Source of the DNA: Octopus vulgaris
Lineage: Eukaryota
Assembly (NCBI GenBank): GCA_951406725.2
Contig: OX597839.1
Span: 22,320,001 to 22,384,000, forward strand
DNA length: 64,000 bases
Direction of reading: 5' to 3'
In this document: in pieces, positions 1-13,206 of the stretch
Position numbering within the stretch: position 1 is the stretch's first letter
Layout: the number at the start of each line of letters is the position of its first letter
Translations under genes and position numbers: made by a program
The notes under the pieces: model-generated
The model's database searches: none
What the model saw: only the letters and a program-made list of their open reading frames with translations
Told to the model about the DNA's origin: nothing

Positions 1-36
1 TTGTCTTTGACAGCAAAGTCCATCATGTATGTATAT

Positions 37-67
<31 letters not shown>

Positions 68-477
68 GGTGCAGGAATGGTTGTGTGGTAAGTAGCTTGT
101 TTACCAACCACATGGTTCCGGGTTCAGTCCCACTGCATGGCATCTTGGGCAAGTGCCTTCTGCTATAGCCTCGGGCCGACCAAAGCCTTGTGAGTGGATT
201 TGGTAGACGGAAACTGAAAGAAGCCTGTCGTATATATGTATATATATATATGTGTGCGTGTATGTATGTGTGTGTCTGTGTTTGTCCCCCTAGCATTGCT
301 TGACAACCGATGTTGGTGTGTTTATGTCACTTAGTGGTTCGGCAAATAAGTACTGGGCTTATAAGTACTGGGCTTACAAAAGAATAAGTCCCGGGGTCGA
401 GTTGCTCAATTAAAGGCGGTGCCCCAGCATGACCGCAGTCAAATGACTGAAACAAGTAAAAGAGTAAAGAGTAAAGA

Positions 478-479
<2 letters not shown>
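68..479 (+). mobile_element. tRNA-derived SINE family A (~400 bp, internal (TA)/(TG) microsatellite, (AAAGAGT)n tail)
   Basis: Pol III A-box-like TGGYTGTGTGG and B-box-like GGTTCAGTCCC, CORE-like CTTGGGCAAGTG; near-identical copies throughout the window. Confidence 0.9.
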
Positions 480-520
<41 letters not shown>

Positions 521-806
521 TCAATAATAATATAGGGTGAAATTAATTAATTTGGAATAATCATTAATTTCACCAAGTAGATTTCGGCATGTAAAAGCCC
601 CATTCAAGGAAGGTTTAAGTAATACTAAGTAATTAAGGGTTTAGCAACGATTTGCCTCACCACACACCGAATTTAGAAATAGCAGTCAAAGAGTTATGGC
701 TATTCTTTCTACTTAAAAGGGAGATCCCAGTAAAACCACAGCACTTAAAAGGCAAACAACGCAGGCAAAAGAGAAAGAAATGACGACAATCATTCTATAT
801 ATGATT

Positions 807-1213
807 GGCGCAGGAGTGGCTGTGTGGTAAGTAGCTTGCTAACCAACCACATGGTTCCGGGTTCAGTCCCACTGCGTGGCATCTTGGGCAAGTGTCTTCT
901 GCTATAGTCCCGGGCCGACCAATGCCTTGTGAGTGGATTTGGTAGACGGAAACTGAAAGAAGCCCGTCGTATATATGTATATATATATATATGCGTGTGT
1001 GTGTTTGTGTGTCTGTGTTTGTCCCCCTAGCATTGCTTGACAACCGATGCTGGTGTGTTTACGTCCCCGTCACTTAGCGGTTCGGCAAAAGAGACTGATA
1101 GAATAAGTACTGGGCTTACAAAGAATAAGTCCCAGGGTCGAGTTGCTCGATTAAAGGCGGTGCTCCAGCATGGCCGCAGTCAAATGACTGAAACAAGTAA
1201 AAGAGAGTAAAGA
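807..1213 (+). mobile_element. SINE family A, full length
   Basis: Same head, body and tail as 68-479. Confidence 0.9.
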
Positions 1214-1226
1214 ATATACATATACA

Positions 1227-1459
1227 CAAGATTGGCCAAAAGTCACCTGACAGTAAATCAAAATTCCATAAATACCATCTTTAATTTTTTATTGACTCAA
1301 ATGGAAAAATGTGTCACAAAAGAAGGACTTCAATTTGAACAATTTTCATGATGTTTCATATTTAGATGCTTTTATTAAATCCATTCAGTTGTTAAACAAA
1401 CATAAATTTGGGAATTAAATGGTTTTGATTTACCGTCAGGTGACTTTTGACCAACCCTG
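1227..1459. mobile_element. Tc1/mariner-type MITE
   Basis: Imperfect ~35-bp TIRs CAAGATTGGCCAAAAGTCACCTGACAGTAAATCAAAA / TTTTGATTTACCGTCAGGTGACTTTTGACCAACCCTG followed by TA. Confidence 0.75.
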
Positions 1460-1503
1460 TATGTGTATGTTTGTACATATGTCTGTGCATGTATATAATG
1501 ACA

Positions 1504-1620
1504 ATAATAATAATGTTCGTCCTTCGGGTTCGAAGATGACCACTGACATCATCTGGTGGAACTGCCGCTATGAGGCCGGAGGTGGTTGGTGAGGCCAATC
1601 TGGGCAAGGAAGCCCCTCCC
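1504..1620 (-). mobile_element. RTE-clade LINE, extreme 3' fragment
   Basis: Matches 45380-45490 (GTTCGTCCTTCGGGTTCGAAGATGACCACTGACATCATCTGG) with a (TTA)n tail. Confidence 0.85.
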
Positions 1621-2154
1621 ATGTATATAGGTGTGTGCATACATGTATGTATACATTTATGTCTATATTTTATATATGTATTTGAGTGAATTCATGCTTA
1701 CATGCATACATACATACATATATATATATAATATTGGTGAACAAACTAGAAAGGCTTTGGAAGTTATGGAGAGAAAGCCACTATGGAAGACTCATAGTAT
1801 AATAACTGTAATAATCTATCATAGTATTTTATTCTCTGATTTGAATTTACAATTTTTAAATACAACCAAATAACCAAAATATGATGAGCTAACCCTAGCT
1901 AGAATTGAACCCACAAATCAATGCTAACACGGCTCCTTGCACATCTCACTAGGTCAAACATTCACCCATCAGTTTCAGCCAAATTTAGAGAATATATACT
2001 TAGACTGTCTAATACAACATCTAATATTTGTAAACAAACACAGAAGGCTTTGTAAGTTACAGAGAGAAAGCTACTATGGTAGACACGTAGTATAGTAATA
2101 ACTGTATAATAATATATCCTGATAATATATATTCTCTGAGGATATATATTACTA

Positions 2155-2370
2155 TGAGCTGGCAGAAACGTTAGCACACCGGGCGAAGTGCCTAGCGGTA
2201 TTTTGTTCTGAGTTCAAATTCCGCCGAGGTTCACTTTGTCTTTCATCTTTTCAGGGTTGATTAAATAAGTACCAGTTACACACTGGGGTCAATGTTATTG
2301 GCTTAATCCCTTTGTCTGTCCTTGTTTGTCCCCTGTATGTTCAGCCCCTTGTGGGCAGTAAAGAAATAAT
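2155..2370 (+). mobile_element. SINE family B (Meta-domain-like)
   Basis: Head GAGCTGGCAGAA..GTTAGCAC, B-box GAGTTCAAATTCC, central CTTTCATC..GGGT.GAT.AAAT.AGTACCAG. Confidence 0.85.
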
Positions 2371-2429
2371 TATACAGTTATATGTATGCATTTAAGTGTA
2401 TAATGGAAGAACAAAGGAATATATACATT

Positions 2430-2462
<33 letters not shown>

Positions 2463-2560
2463 GTATGTATATAAAGATAGAAGGAATTAAAACTATCTCC
2501 AAGTTCCATTAATATAGCTGCCTATCATTGATAGTTTATCCGATTAATTTTTTGGTTAAA

Positions 2561-2781
2561 CCCTTTCGTTACTGTATTTATTTTGAGATGCTCTGTGTTT
2601 CTCTCAATTATTTTAGATATGACAAAGAATTTTGTAAAATAACTTAGTTATCATTCAGCTAGTGATAGGAACAGTAATTGTGACTAAGGTTTGGTGGAAG
2701 ATTTTAATTCAAAACTTATGAAAACAAGACATTTATATTACAGAGCCAGAGCCGGTTTTAGCCGGGTTAGTAACGAAAGGG
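2561..2781. mobile_element. piggyBac-type MITE
   Basis: TIRs CCCTTTCGTTACT / AGTAACGAAAGGG flanked by TTAA(A) and TTAA. Confidence 0.8.
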
Positions 2782-3234
2782 TTAATCAATTTTGTTTCAA
2801 CCAAGATGGACCTGAAAATATTCCATCATTACATTTTAGTCTTTAGAACAAGTGTATGTAAAATAGGAACAAGTCCAGAAATTTAGAGGGGAGGGGCATT
2901 AGTGGATTGAACTGGCTCTCAGGTCTTGACTGTTACTTTATTTTATATAAAGTACCAGTGAAGTGCCATAGATGAAGAGCAAAGTTGGCCTTAGCAGGAT
3001 TTGAACTAGTTTTCACTTTTTAATAAAGATTTCAAACTTAGAATGAAATAAGTGGTCGCTTGAAGAACCAAGGTTTTACAATGGGTTGACTAGGGTTCAA
3101 TTAACCTAAAGTAAATGGGCAGGGACCCATTAAAGCTCCCATGTTGGGAAACTGACTTGGCAGACACCCACAAGATTATCCACCATCTTTCCAACAACAA
3201 CGTTGGGCACTTTTTTGGATTCCATACATTAAAC

Positions 3235-4320
3235 ACCCATGGACATGCTTATAAATTATAAATGAAAAAAACAACAGCACTTGACCCATGACTTTCAGAA
3301 ACATTTTTTCTTTTTGTACTCAGAATTTCTGAAGCATGGAAAAAACTACCTGCATCAGTTGTTCAGCCAAATTTAATGAATATATACTTAAACTGTCTAA
3401 TACAACATCTAATATTTGTAAACAAACACAGAAGGCTTTGTAAGTTACAGAGAGAAAGCTACTATGGCAAACACATATAACTGTATATCCAGAGAATATA
3501 TATTACTATGATAGGGTATTAAACAGTTTGGAATTATGTTGTGTTTGAGGAGATCCATCAAACCAAGCAAAATCACATTCGTGGCAGATACTGGTGGCAC
3601 ATAAATGGCACCCATGCCAGTGGCACGTAGCCGCGCTCATTACACTCTCAAAGTGTTAGGAAGGGCATCCAGCTGTTGGAAACCATGCCAAATCAGACTG
3701 GAGTCTGCTGTCAGGACACTGCATCCTTGCAAACTCCCATGCTTCCTGAAATTCACCATCCCTACACCAGATTGATCCCCCCACTCGTTTTTATTTTCTT
3801 CTAAGCAAGGAGTGGCTGTGTGGTAAGTAGCTTGCTAACCAACCACATGGTTCCGGGTTCAGTCCCACTGCGTGGCATCTTGGGCAAGTGTCTTCTGCTA
3901 TAGCACCGGGCCGACCAAAGCCTTGTGAGTGGATTTGGTAGACAGAAACTGAAAGAAGCCTGTCGTATATATGTATATATATATATATATGTATGTGTGT
4001 GTTTGTGTGTCTGTGTTTGTCCCGCTAGCATTGCTTGACAACCGATGCTGGTGTGTTTATATCCCCGTCACTTAGCGGTTTGGCAAAAGAGACCGATAGA
4101 ATAAGTACTGGGCTTACAAAGAATAAGTCCCGGGGTCGATTTGCTCGACTAAAGGTGGTGCTCCAGCATGGCCACAGTCAAATGACTGAAACAAGTAAAA
4201 GAGTAAAAGAGTAACTCATTCACTGTTCACTTCCGCTGCACACTTTGTGCACTTTCCAATACTTTTACTGATGAGTTGTGCTGCACCTGAGCACCGTATG
4301 CAACAAGTTTGTTATCATTT
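3235..4320 (+). mobile_element. CR1/L2-like LINE 3' end, split by later insertions (pieces 3235-3361, 3707-3805, 4213-4320)
   Basis: Translates to HGHAYK...LRISEAWKKLPASVV; colinear with the uninterrupted copy at 31515-31840. Confidence 0.7.
3805..4213 (+). mobile_element. SINE family A, full length, nested in CR1-like end
   Basis: Family match; host sequence resumes after the tail. Confidence 0.9.
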
Positions 4321-4625
4321 TCTTATTTTCGAAATAAAAAAGAAGTGGTAGGCATCGTTTATCTTTTAACTTGTTTCAGTCAAAAGGCTGTGGCCATGCT
4401 GGGGCACTGCCTTGGATTTTTATAGTCAAAGATACTTTTTTTTAAAGCCTGGTACTTATTCTATCAGTCGCTTTTGCTGAACTTTCGAGTTACTGGGATG
4501 TAAACACGCCAACACCGGTTGAGAAGCAGTGGTGGGAAACAAACATAGACACAAAGACACACACACAAATATACTGACACACAAACACACATACACACAC
4601 AAGCAAACATACATATACACATAAT

Positions 4626-4686
<61 letters not shown>

Positions 4687-4990
4687 TGCATATCTAGACA
4701 TGCTCATATATATTTAAATGATAAACTTCTGGAAAGTTTTACAGATTTTTACAGTTGGATTGGATCTGTAGTCTTTGAATTAGTTTTCTCCTTTCTGGTT
4801 TTGAGAAGCCTAATTTCTCAAGATTGTGATTTAGGCATTGTGTTACATATCTCAGGGCCCCAATAATTACAGGTATAAACCTGAACTTGTAATCTGTATG
4901 TATGTATCAGAATTATAGAAAAGCTAAATGACAGAGGCAGATGAACAACAAACAAGGCATATTAGTTTGACACTGAGGGAAAATAAAAGT

Positions 4991-5026
4991 CTTTGATGTT
5001 TCAAGCTTATGCTCTTCATCAGAAAG
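4991..5026 (-). ncRNA. Degenerate minimal type I hammerhead ribozyme motif (Penelope-like element remnant)
   Basis: Minus strand reads CUUU-CUGAUGA-A-GAGC-AUAA-GCUU-GAAAC-AUC-AAAG; departures from GCUC-GAAAC-GUC fit CpG decay. Confidence 0.6.
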
Positions 5027-5371
5027 AAATGAGGAGAGAAAAACAAACGGAGAGAAGAAAATGTACATATGTTTGTACGTGTGTGGGTTTATGTAAATGA
5101 ATATGTATATTAATGTATGTGAATGTGTGTGTGTATGTGTGTGTGTTGAATTTTATACCATTAGCATGGAAAAGGTGGTACTGAGACAGGTGATAAGTAT
5201 AGAATGATAAAATAAATACGTGGCTGAAAAATGACTGGGGTATGGATGTGATTGACAGAACTAAAAGCCTTGAAGCAAGTGCTGTAGTATGGCCACAGCC
5301 TAGTAGCGGAAGCCAGTTAAAGCTAATGAATAAACGTATAAAATAGTCTTACGTGTGTTTGTGGGTGTGTA

Positions 5372-5650
5372 GTGTACATATATACATATTTATATAATAT
5401 ACACAGACACACATGTATACACAAAAATAAATTTATACGTACACATACAAAACACACATATATATATATGTACATGTATATATGTACTGTATATATATAT
5501 GTACATGTATATGTATGTATATATATATTTTTTCACACGCATGTGCATATATATGTGTATGTATGTATAAATATATATATATATACACACAAATACATAC
5601 ACACACATATGTATACACATGTACACGTATCTATGTATATACATACACAC

Positions 5651-5696
<46 letters not shown>

Positions 5697-5747
5697 ATGT
5701 ATATATGTTATATATATATATATATGTATATATATATGTATATATAT

Positions 5748-5797
<50 letters not shown>

Positions 5798-5816
5798 GTA
5801 TATATATATGTATATG

Positions 5817-5894
<78 letters not shown>

Positions 5895-5960
5895 CATATA
5901 TTTCCATATACATACATATGAAATAATAAAAAAAGGCATTCACACACAGACACACAGACA
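5372..5960. repeat. Compound (TA)n/(TG)n/(CA)n microsatellite
   Basis: Direct inspection; source of the YI/CV/HT-rich ORFs. Confidence 0.95.
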
Positions 5961-6246
5961 CACGTATGTGTTATGCAATGCAAAAAAGAAAGGATCACCT
6001 ACCACAAATGGATTCTGGAAGCACCAGTAAAAGAGAAGGGAACCAAAGAATGCCACTGAGACGGATATAAGTGAGTCTCTTTTATAGGAGGGAATCACTG
6101 GAAGAATTAATCTTGCTCCCGGGTCATGTGAACAGGTCACCATTAAAAAGACATATATTTATGCCTTTTGTGGATCATCTCACACGTATCACCATCAACA
6201 TCATCAGCACTTACATGGATCTGTGGGCCTTTGCCCAGCCCTCACA

Positions 6247-6292
<46 letters not shown>

Positions 6293-6538
6293 CAAGTGTG
6301 TGTATGTATACTTATGTGAACTTATAAACATATAAACACACATGCATTAATAGAAACACACATACACACTCATATGTGATTGTTTTATATAACATATATA
6401 TATTTACATGTGTGTATGCACATATATAATGTATGTGTATATATTTGTAAATATATGTGTGTGCATACACACTCACACAAACACAGATATATATATGTAT
6501 ATATATATATACATATATATAGGCATACTCACACACTC

Positions 6539-6580
<42 letters not shown>

Positions 6581-7038
6581 TTGTGTAAATGTGTATGCAT
6601 ATATATATATACACACACATATGTATTTATGTATGTATACTTATGTTTTAAATTGGTGTATGTGTTTAAGAATAATTTAATACGATAATTATGTTTTGTT
6701 CATTTGAAAAACAGAAATTGGAGGGGTGGGGTGGGGGGTGAGAAAAAAGAAAAAAAACAACAACAACAAAACAAGCAAAATGTAAACAAATAAGAAATGA
6801 AATATGAAAATAAAAACAAGAAGAAAAAAACCCATTCAAATAAACGAAAAGAAATTGCAGGAAAAGAAAATACAACCCCCACCCCACCACCAACAATAAC
6901 AACAACAAAAAGCAAAGAAACACCACAGTGGAGATAGAACTGGCTGAATGGTTGATTGAGTGAATGAGTGTGAATTGGGGCATTGGCTCTGATTAATTGG
7001 GATGAATGGTTGCCTTGGGATAATAATAATAATGATGA

Positions 7039-7072
<34 letters not shown>

Positions 7073-7340
7073 TTTGTTGGAATAGAAGAATGAGCAAACT
7101 AGATAATTAAATTTCTTAAATAAGAACGAGAAGAACAATGATTAGATAACAAACAACAACAACAACAACAACAACTGCTGCTGCTGCTGCTACTACTGCT
7201 GCCGCCACATGACGGGCAACGTTGACCAGCCAACGTCTCAGCAGGCTAAATGCATGCATTCTTACTTCTGCTTCCGCAGCCCCTAATTAGCGGTTCCAAC
7301 ATTCGACATTGGTTGCAGACAATTAATGGAAAGCAGAGCT

Positions 7341-7375
<35 letters not shown>

Positions 7376-7597
7376 AGAAGCTGGCAAGATTCTTCATTTT
7401 GTTTTTTGTTTTTTTTTTGTTTTTTTATTCCAGTGCCAAATGAACTGTAACGATTTCCAGAATTTTTGATATCCGGATTTATGGAATTGCTGACTTCCAT
7501 ACTTTTTAATATTACAAACGCCTGTACACACACACGTGTGTGCTTTCAGTGTGTGTTGTGTGTGTGTGTGTGTGTGTGTTTGTGTGTATCTCTCTCT

Positions 7598-8010
7598 TTT
7601 TACTCTTTTACTTGTTTCAGTCATTTGACTGCGGCCATGCTGGAGCACCGCCTTTAGTCAAGTAAATCGACCCCGGGACTTATTCTTTGTAAGCCCAGTA
7701 CTTATTCTATCGGTCTCTTTTTGCCGAACTGCTAAGTGACGGGGACGTAAACACACCAGCATCGGTTGTCAAGCCATGCTAGGGGGACAAACACACCCAC
7801 ACAAACACACACACATACACATATATACATATATATATACATATATATGACAGGCTTCTTTCAGTTTCCGTCTACCAAATCCACTCACAAGGTATTGGTT
7901 GGCCCGGGGCTATAGCAGAAGACACTTGCCCAAGATGCCACGCAGTGGGACTGAACCTGGAACCATGTGGTTGGTTAGCAAGCTACTTACCACACAGCCA
8001 CTCCTGCGCC
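7598..8010 (-). mobile_element. SINE family A, full length
   Basis: Reverse complement of the family consensus. Confidence 0.9.
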
Positions 8011-8409
8011 TATGTATGTGTTTATGCAATGTTTTCCTCCTGTATTGTCCTTGTGAAGCACCTGGGTATATTAACAGAAAGCTTACCTGGGATCATGCTA
8101 TAGTAATACCCTATCTTTTCAGGTACTGTACTAACATTGACAACTGACATGTTCCCTAACCCTTTGGGGGTCATGGGGCCACTACAGCCATGCTGCATAT
8201 CTAGGGTGAGAAAGCCTGACAGAGCCCATCCGTCTGCAGGCTAAACTCGTTTTTGCCAGCTGAGTGGACTGGGGCAATGTGAAATGAAGTGTCTTGCTCA
8301 AGGACACAATTGAAACCCCAGTCTTATGATTGTGAGTCCAACATCCCTAACCCCTAAGCCACGTGCCCCCGCAGTCTTCTAATATACTAAAACACAAACA
8401 AAAATATCA

Positions 8410-8813
8410 GCAGGAGTGGCTGTGTGGTAAGTAGCTTGCTAGCCAACCACATGGTTCCGGGTTCAGTCCCACTGCGTGGCATCTTGGGCAAGTGTCTTCT
8501 GCTATAGCCCCGGGCCGACCAATGCCTTGTGAGTGGATTTGGTAGATGGAAACTGAAAGAAGCCTGTCGTATATATGTATATATATATATGTATGTGTGT
8601 GTGTTTGTGTGTCTGTCCCCCTAGCATTGCTTGACAACCGATGCTGGTGTGTTTACGTCCCCGTTACTTAGCGGTTCGGCAAAAGAGACCGATAGAGTAA
8701 GTACTGGGCTTACAAAAAGAATAAGTCCCGGGGTCGAGTTGCTTGATTAAAGGCGGTGCTCCAGCATGGCCGCAGTCAAATGACTGAAACAAGTAAAAGA
8801 GTAAAAGAGTAAG
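8410..8813 (+). mobile_element. SINE family A, full length
   Basis: Family match; inverted relative to 7598-8010. Confidence 0.9.
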
Positions 8814-8830
8814 AGATTTCTCCGTCTATC

Positions 8831-8867
<37 letters not shown>

Positions 8868-8977
8868 TCACACACATTCATTCACATACACACTCATACA
8901 CACACGCACATATTCATACATGCATACACGCACACATTCATGCACACACGCAGACACATCTACATGTGTCATATTGG

Positions 8978-9400
8978 ATTCAAGTTTCAGCACAAGGCCA
9001 GCAATTTGAGGGCAAGTGTTCAGTCGCTTTCATTGACCCCAGTGTTTTACTGGTACTTTGGCAGAATCGTTAGCATGCCGGGCGAAATGCTTAGCGGTAT
9101 TTTGTCTGCCGTTACGTTGTGAGTTCAAATTCTGCCAAGGTCGACTTTGCCTTTCATCCTTTCGGGGTCGATAAATTAAGTACCAGTTACGCACTGGGGT
9201 CGATGTAATCGACTTAATACCTATGTCTGTCCTTGTTTGTCCCCTCTATGTTTAGCCCCTTGTGGGTAGTAAAGAAATAGGTACTTATTTTATTGACCCC
9301 CAAAAGGATGAAAGGCAAAGTTGATCTTGGTGGAATTTGAACTTAAGACAGATGAAATGCTGTCGAGCATTTTTCCCCCTGGGGCAAATCTGCCATGTCA
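8978..9400. mobile_element. Young SINE B (+, 9059-9279) nested in older SINE B (-)
   Basis: GGTACTT duplicated at 9052-9058 and 9280-9286; host sequence continues on both sides. Confidence 0.8.
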
Positions 9401-9424
9401 CAGCCTTATTCTTCTATTCTCTTC

Positions 9425-9880
9425 TTTTAGTGGTTTCAGTCATTTGACTGTGGCCATGCTGGAGCACTGCCTTCAGTCAAGCAAATCCACCCCAGGACTT
9501 ACTTATTCTTTGTAAGCCTAGTACTTATTCTATCGGTCTCTTTTGCCAAGCTGCTAAGTTATGCGGATGTAAACTCACCAGCATCATTTGTTAAGCGATG
9601 GTGGAGGACAAACACACACAAACATATACACACCCATGCATGCATACATACATGCATACATACATACATACATAAATACATACATACATAAATACGTACA
9701 TACATACATACATACATACAACAGGCTTCTTTCAATTTCCATCTACGAAATCCACTCACAAGACTTTGGTTGGCCCGAGGTTATAGTTGAAGACACTTGC
9801 TCAAGGTGCCTCACAGTGGGACTGAACCCAGAACCATGTGGTTTGGAGACAGACTTCTTACCACACAGCCACTCCTGCTC
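9425..9880 (-). mobile_element. SINE family A, older diverged copy
   Basis: Family match with (CATA)n centre. Confidence 0.85.
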
Positions 9881-10661
9881 CTATGATCTGTTTTAATATT
9901 CATTTTTAGGGTATTTTTTCATGTCTTTTGCAGCTTGTTTGAGAAATACAGAGCCTAAAATCATTATCATTCATGTTTCTAAACTTTCTCAGTATCATTA
10001 TCAGTATATGAAATGTTGGCGGCTTTTTATATCAAATTATTTCCTATTCTCTAGGAAATGTGACTTTTTTTTTTTATGAATCTAGAGCTATAAACTTTGA
10101 TGCTTAGATCAGTTTTGACCAGAATTGGTCCTGGTGTTGCCTAACTTACACCACCTGGGAAAGACATCTAATGATGTTTCATTTTACAGTGAATCTTTGC
10201 TCATTTGAGTAAAGAGTTTGCAGAGACACGTCTGGCTGTAGGGATTTTCCTGGAATTTGTTGGAGATACTCATCCATGAATCGTTAGACTGTTAAGAGAT
10301 CTTTTTCTTTTCTTGTGCACCTTGGCACGGTGGTAAAGAGAACAGGGCCAGTTGAAGTGGACTCGGCTGAATCATTAAAATGTCAGACAGAAAACTTTAC
10401 AGCATATTTTCAGATCACTTCACTCCGAGTTCAGACCCAACTGAGGTCAGCTTTCCTTTTCCCTTTGGGGTTGACTAAGAACCAGTTTAACACTTTTTCC
10501 TTATCTTATATTTTCTCTCTGGAAGGAACCGCTAAGTCACAGGGATGTAAACACACCAACACTGATTGTCAAGCAATGGTAGGAGACAAACAGACATAGA
10601 TGCATACACACACACACACACACAAACACATCAAAATAAGCAACAAGGATATCCAGAGGAA

Positions 10662-10751
10662 ATGCAGTACGATCGTTTCATGCGACTCCATTTAATTGAA
10701 CAGTGCAAACATTACATCAATTTTAAAATGTAGAGCAATCTTCAGCTGCAT
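10662..10751 (-). ncRNA. Type I hammerhead ribozyme motif with long stem II
   Basis: Minus strand: AUGCAG-CUGAAGA-[UUGC...long imperfect hairpin...GCAU]-GAAAC-GAUC-GUA-CUGCAU; perfect 6-bp stem I, palindromic stem III ACGAUCGU. Confidence 0.7.
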
Positions 10752-11676
10752 AAAAATATAGAATTCAGTTAAATTCGAAGGATTCATTTGTATAGTTTTC
10801 TTATCATCCAAAATCACAAAAAGGATAAGTAGATAGACAAAGAATGTGTTTTACCAACAACATCACAGTTGTAACTCCAGATGTCCTTCGCCTTGTAGTT
10901 CTACTGGTGGTGGTGGTGGTGGGGGGGAGGATGCTACTGGTTCGAGACAAACTCTACACGCATGGATGTGCTGTCAGATGGACTTGTCCGAGGTGCACAC
11001 AGGGGGATGAAACTGTTCTGATTCAGCGTCTGGACATTACTGATTTATGGAGTTATATCGAATAGATATTGCCATGTGTGGGATGGATCTGTCTATTGGC
11101 CAAGTCTGTAGTGATGATCGCACCACTGCCCTCCTTCAATCGAGCAGGCAAGGCAGTCTTCCTTTGCCTGGTGGCTGTGGTGAAAGAGGTTGCTTGATGG
11201 ACAAAGCTGAAAGACATGAGGACAGCAGATAGATTTCTTCTTGGGTAGAGATCCCATTGACCTTTTCAAGTTTAACTTGAAACTGGAGAGGGAGGTGCTG
11301 TCCTCGAGTGAGTTTATTGAAAGGGGGGGGTGAACGTTGTGAAAATGGCAAGAGTGGATGGTACCTCTCTCAGTGTAGACCTGTGAGTTGGAGAGAATAA
11401 AATTGGATGTCCACCTGGTGTTCAAGGAAATCCCTGACAGTAGGGTTCCTCATTTATCTCTAGAGGTCACCCTGCATCAGGAGGGTGACATCTCTCATCC
11501 TCACCCCTCCTTTTTCTTTAAACCTTTCCATACTATGTATCTTTCCCTTCCTTTTCATTCTACGCTGTGTATACTTCACTTTTTTTTCTATCATTTCATT
11601 ATATGTAGGCATCCAACACTTTGTCTTTGTAATGTCATCCTCATCTTTTGCCCTGCTGGCAAATATATGAAATCAT

Positions 11677-12089
11677 ACTCTTTACTCTCTCTTTTACTTG
11701 TTTCAGTCATTTGACTGCGGCCATGCTGGAGCACCGCCTTTAGTCGAGCAAATCAACCCCAGGACTTATTCTTTGTAAGCCCAGTACTTATTCTATCGGT
11801 CTCTTTTGCCGAACCACTAAGTGATGGGGACGTAAACACACCAGCATCGGTTGTCAAGCAATGCTAGGGGGACAAACACAGACACACAAACACACACATA
11901 CACATATATATATATATACATATATACGACAGGCTTCTTTCAGTTTCTGTCTACCAAATCCACTCACAAGGCATTGGTCGGCCCGGGGCTATAGCAGAAG
12001 ACACTTGCCCAAGGTGCCACGCAGTGGGACTGAACCCGGAACCATGTGGTTGGTTAGCAAGCTACTTACCACACAGCCACTCCTGCGCC
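11677..12089 (-). mobile_element. SINE family A, full length
   Basis: Family match. Confidence 0.9.
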
Positions 12090-12796
12090 TATCATCATCA
12101 TCATCGTTATTATTTCTTTCTTTTTCTGGAACTTTCTCTCCTTCCTATTTCTTGTTTCTCTGTGCCATAATCTTCTGTCTCTTTGCTACCATTTCTTAAA
12201 AACAATCCATGTTTACTGGTTGATATTAATAACCAGAGATTAGCATCTTTAATCATAACTAGATCTCACTCTTTAATAAAAAACTGTATTTCCAAGTTAA
12301 TAATAATTTTACGACTGCATCATCATTAAGGTTGCTTAATTACATGCACAATTTAATGAATTTATTTTCTCGTAACATTGTCGCAATATTAGTTTCTGTA
12401 ACGAACTCATTAATCTTCTGATATAACATTCACTAAAATATCAAAAATACAAATTAAATTTAATTGCAACAAGTCATCGATTAGAAAGATTATTTCTTTT
12501 TTATTTACTGCAAAATGAAATTTTGTACAAAATTTTGTCTCCCATTCATTATCATCGGCAAATGTTTTCTTCATGAAAGACTGGTGAAAAAAAACCCCCA
12601 GAAAAATGACACAAAACTGATCTTTTAAAATCATAATGAATTCATTGAGGGTTATTTCAGAAATTAACTAATTTGTATTTAAATCAATGCCTAATTTTTA
12701 TCATTAATATTCTTCATCCTCTTCTGGTGTCATTTCTTTAATAAACAAAACGTTTAAACTATTTAATAATCAATGAGGATGACAAAAATTGATTTC

Positions 12797-13206
12797 TTTA
12801 CTCTTTTTACTCTTTTTTACTTGTTTCAGTCATTTGATTGCGGCCATGCTGGAGCACCGCCTTTAGTCGAGCAAATCGACCCCAGGACTTATTCTTTGTA
12901 AGCCCAGTACTTATTCTATCGTTCTCTGTTGCCGAACCGCTAAGTGACGGGGACGTAAACACACCAGCATCGGTTGTCAAGCAATGCTAGGGGGACAAAC
13001 ACAGACACACAAACACACACACATATATATATATACATATATACGACAGGCTTCTTTCAGTTTCCATCTACCAAATCCACTCACAAGGCTTTGGTCGGCC
13101 CGAAGCTATAGTAGAAGACACTTGCCCAAGATGCCACGCAGTGGGACTGAACCTGGAACCATGTGGTTGGTTAGCAAGCTACTTACCACACAGCCACTCC
13201 CGCGCC
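12797..13206 (-). mobile_element. SINE family A, full length
   Basis: Family match. Confidence 0.9.

Noticed and set aside
571-616. Hammerhead-like motif on the minus strand (UUGAAUG..GGC..GCC-GAAA); similar traces at ~16840 and ~46460
   Set aside because: Core mismatched and no stem I; too degenerate to support.
795-1043. Recurrent peptides MSSNARGT...[19 protein letters not shown] that look like a gene family
   Set aside because: Antisense translation of SINE A; frames vary between copies.
5372-6688. Long ORFs of 100-184 aa rich in YI, CV or HT
   Set aside because: Translations of (TA)n and (CA)n microsatellites; the same applies at 26504, 29138, 30291, 46066 and 48547.
10930-11480. GC-balanced stretch with overlapping ORFs, possible exon
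   Set aside because: No recognisable domain or splice context; probably an old repeat remnant, unresolved without a search.
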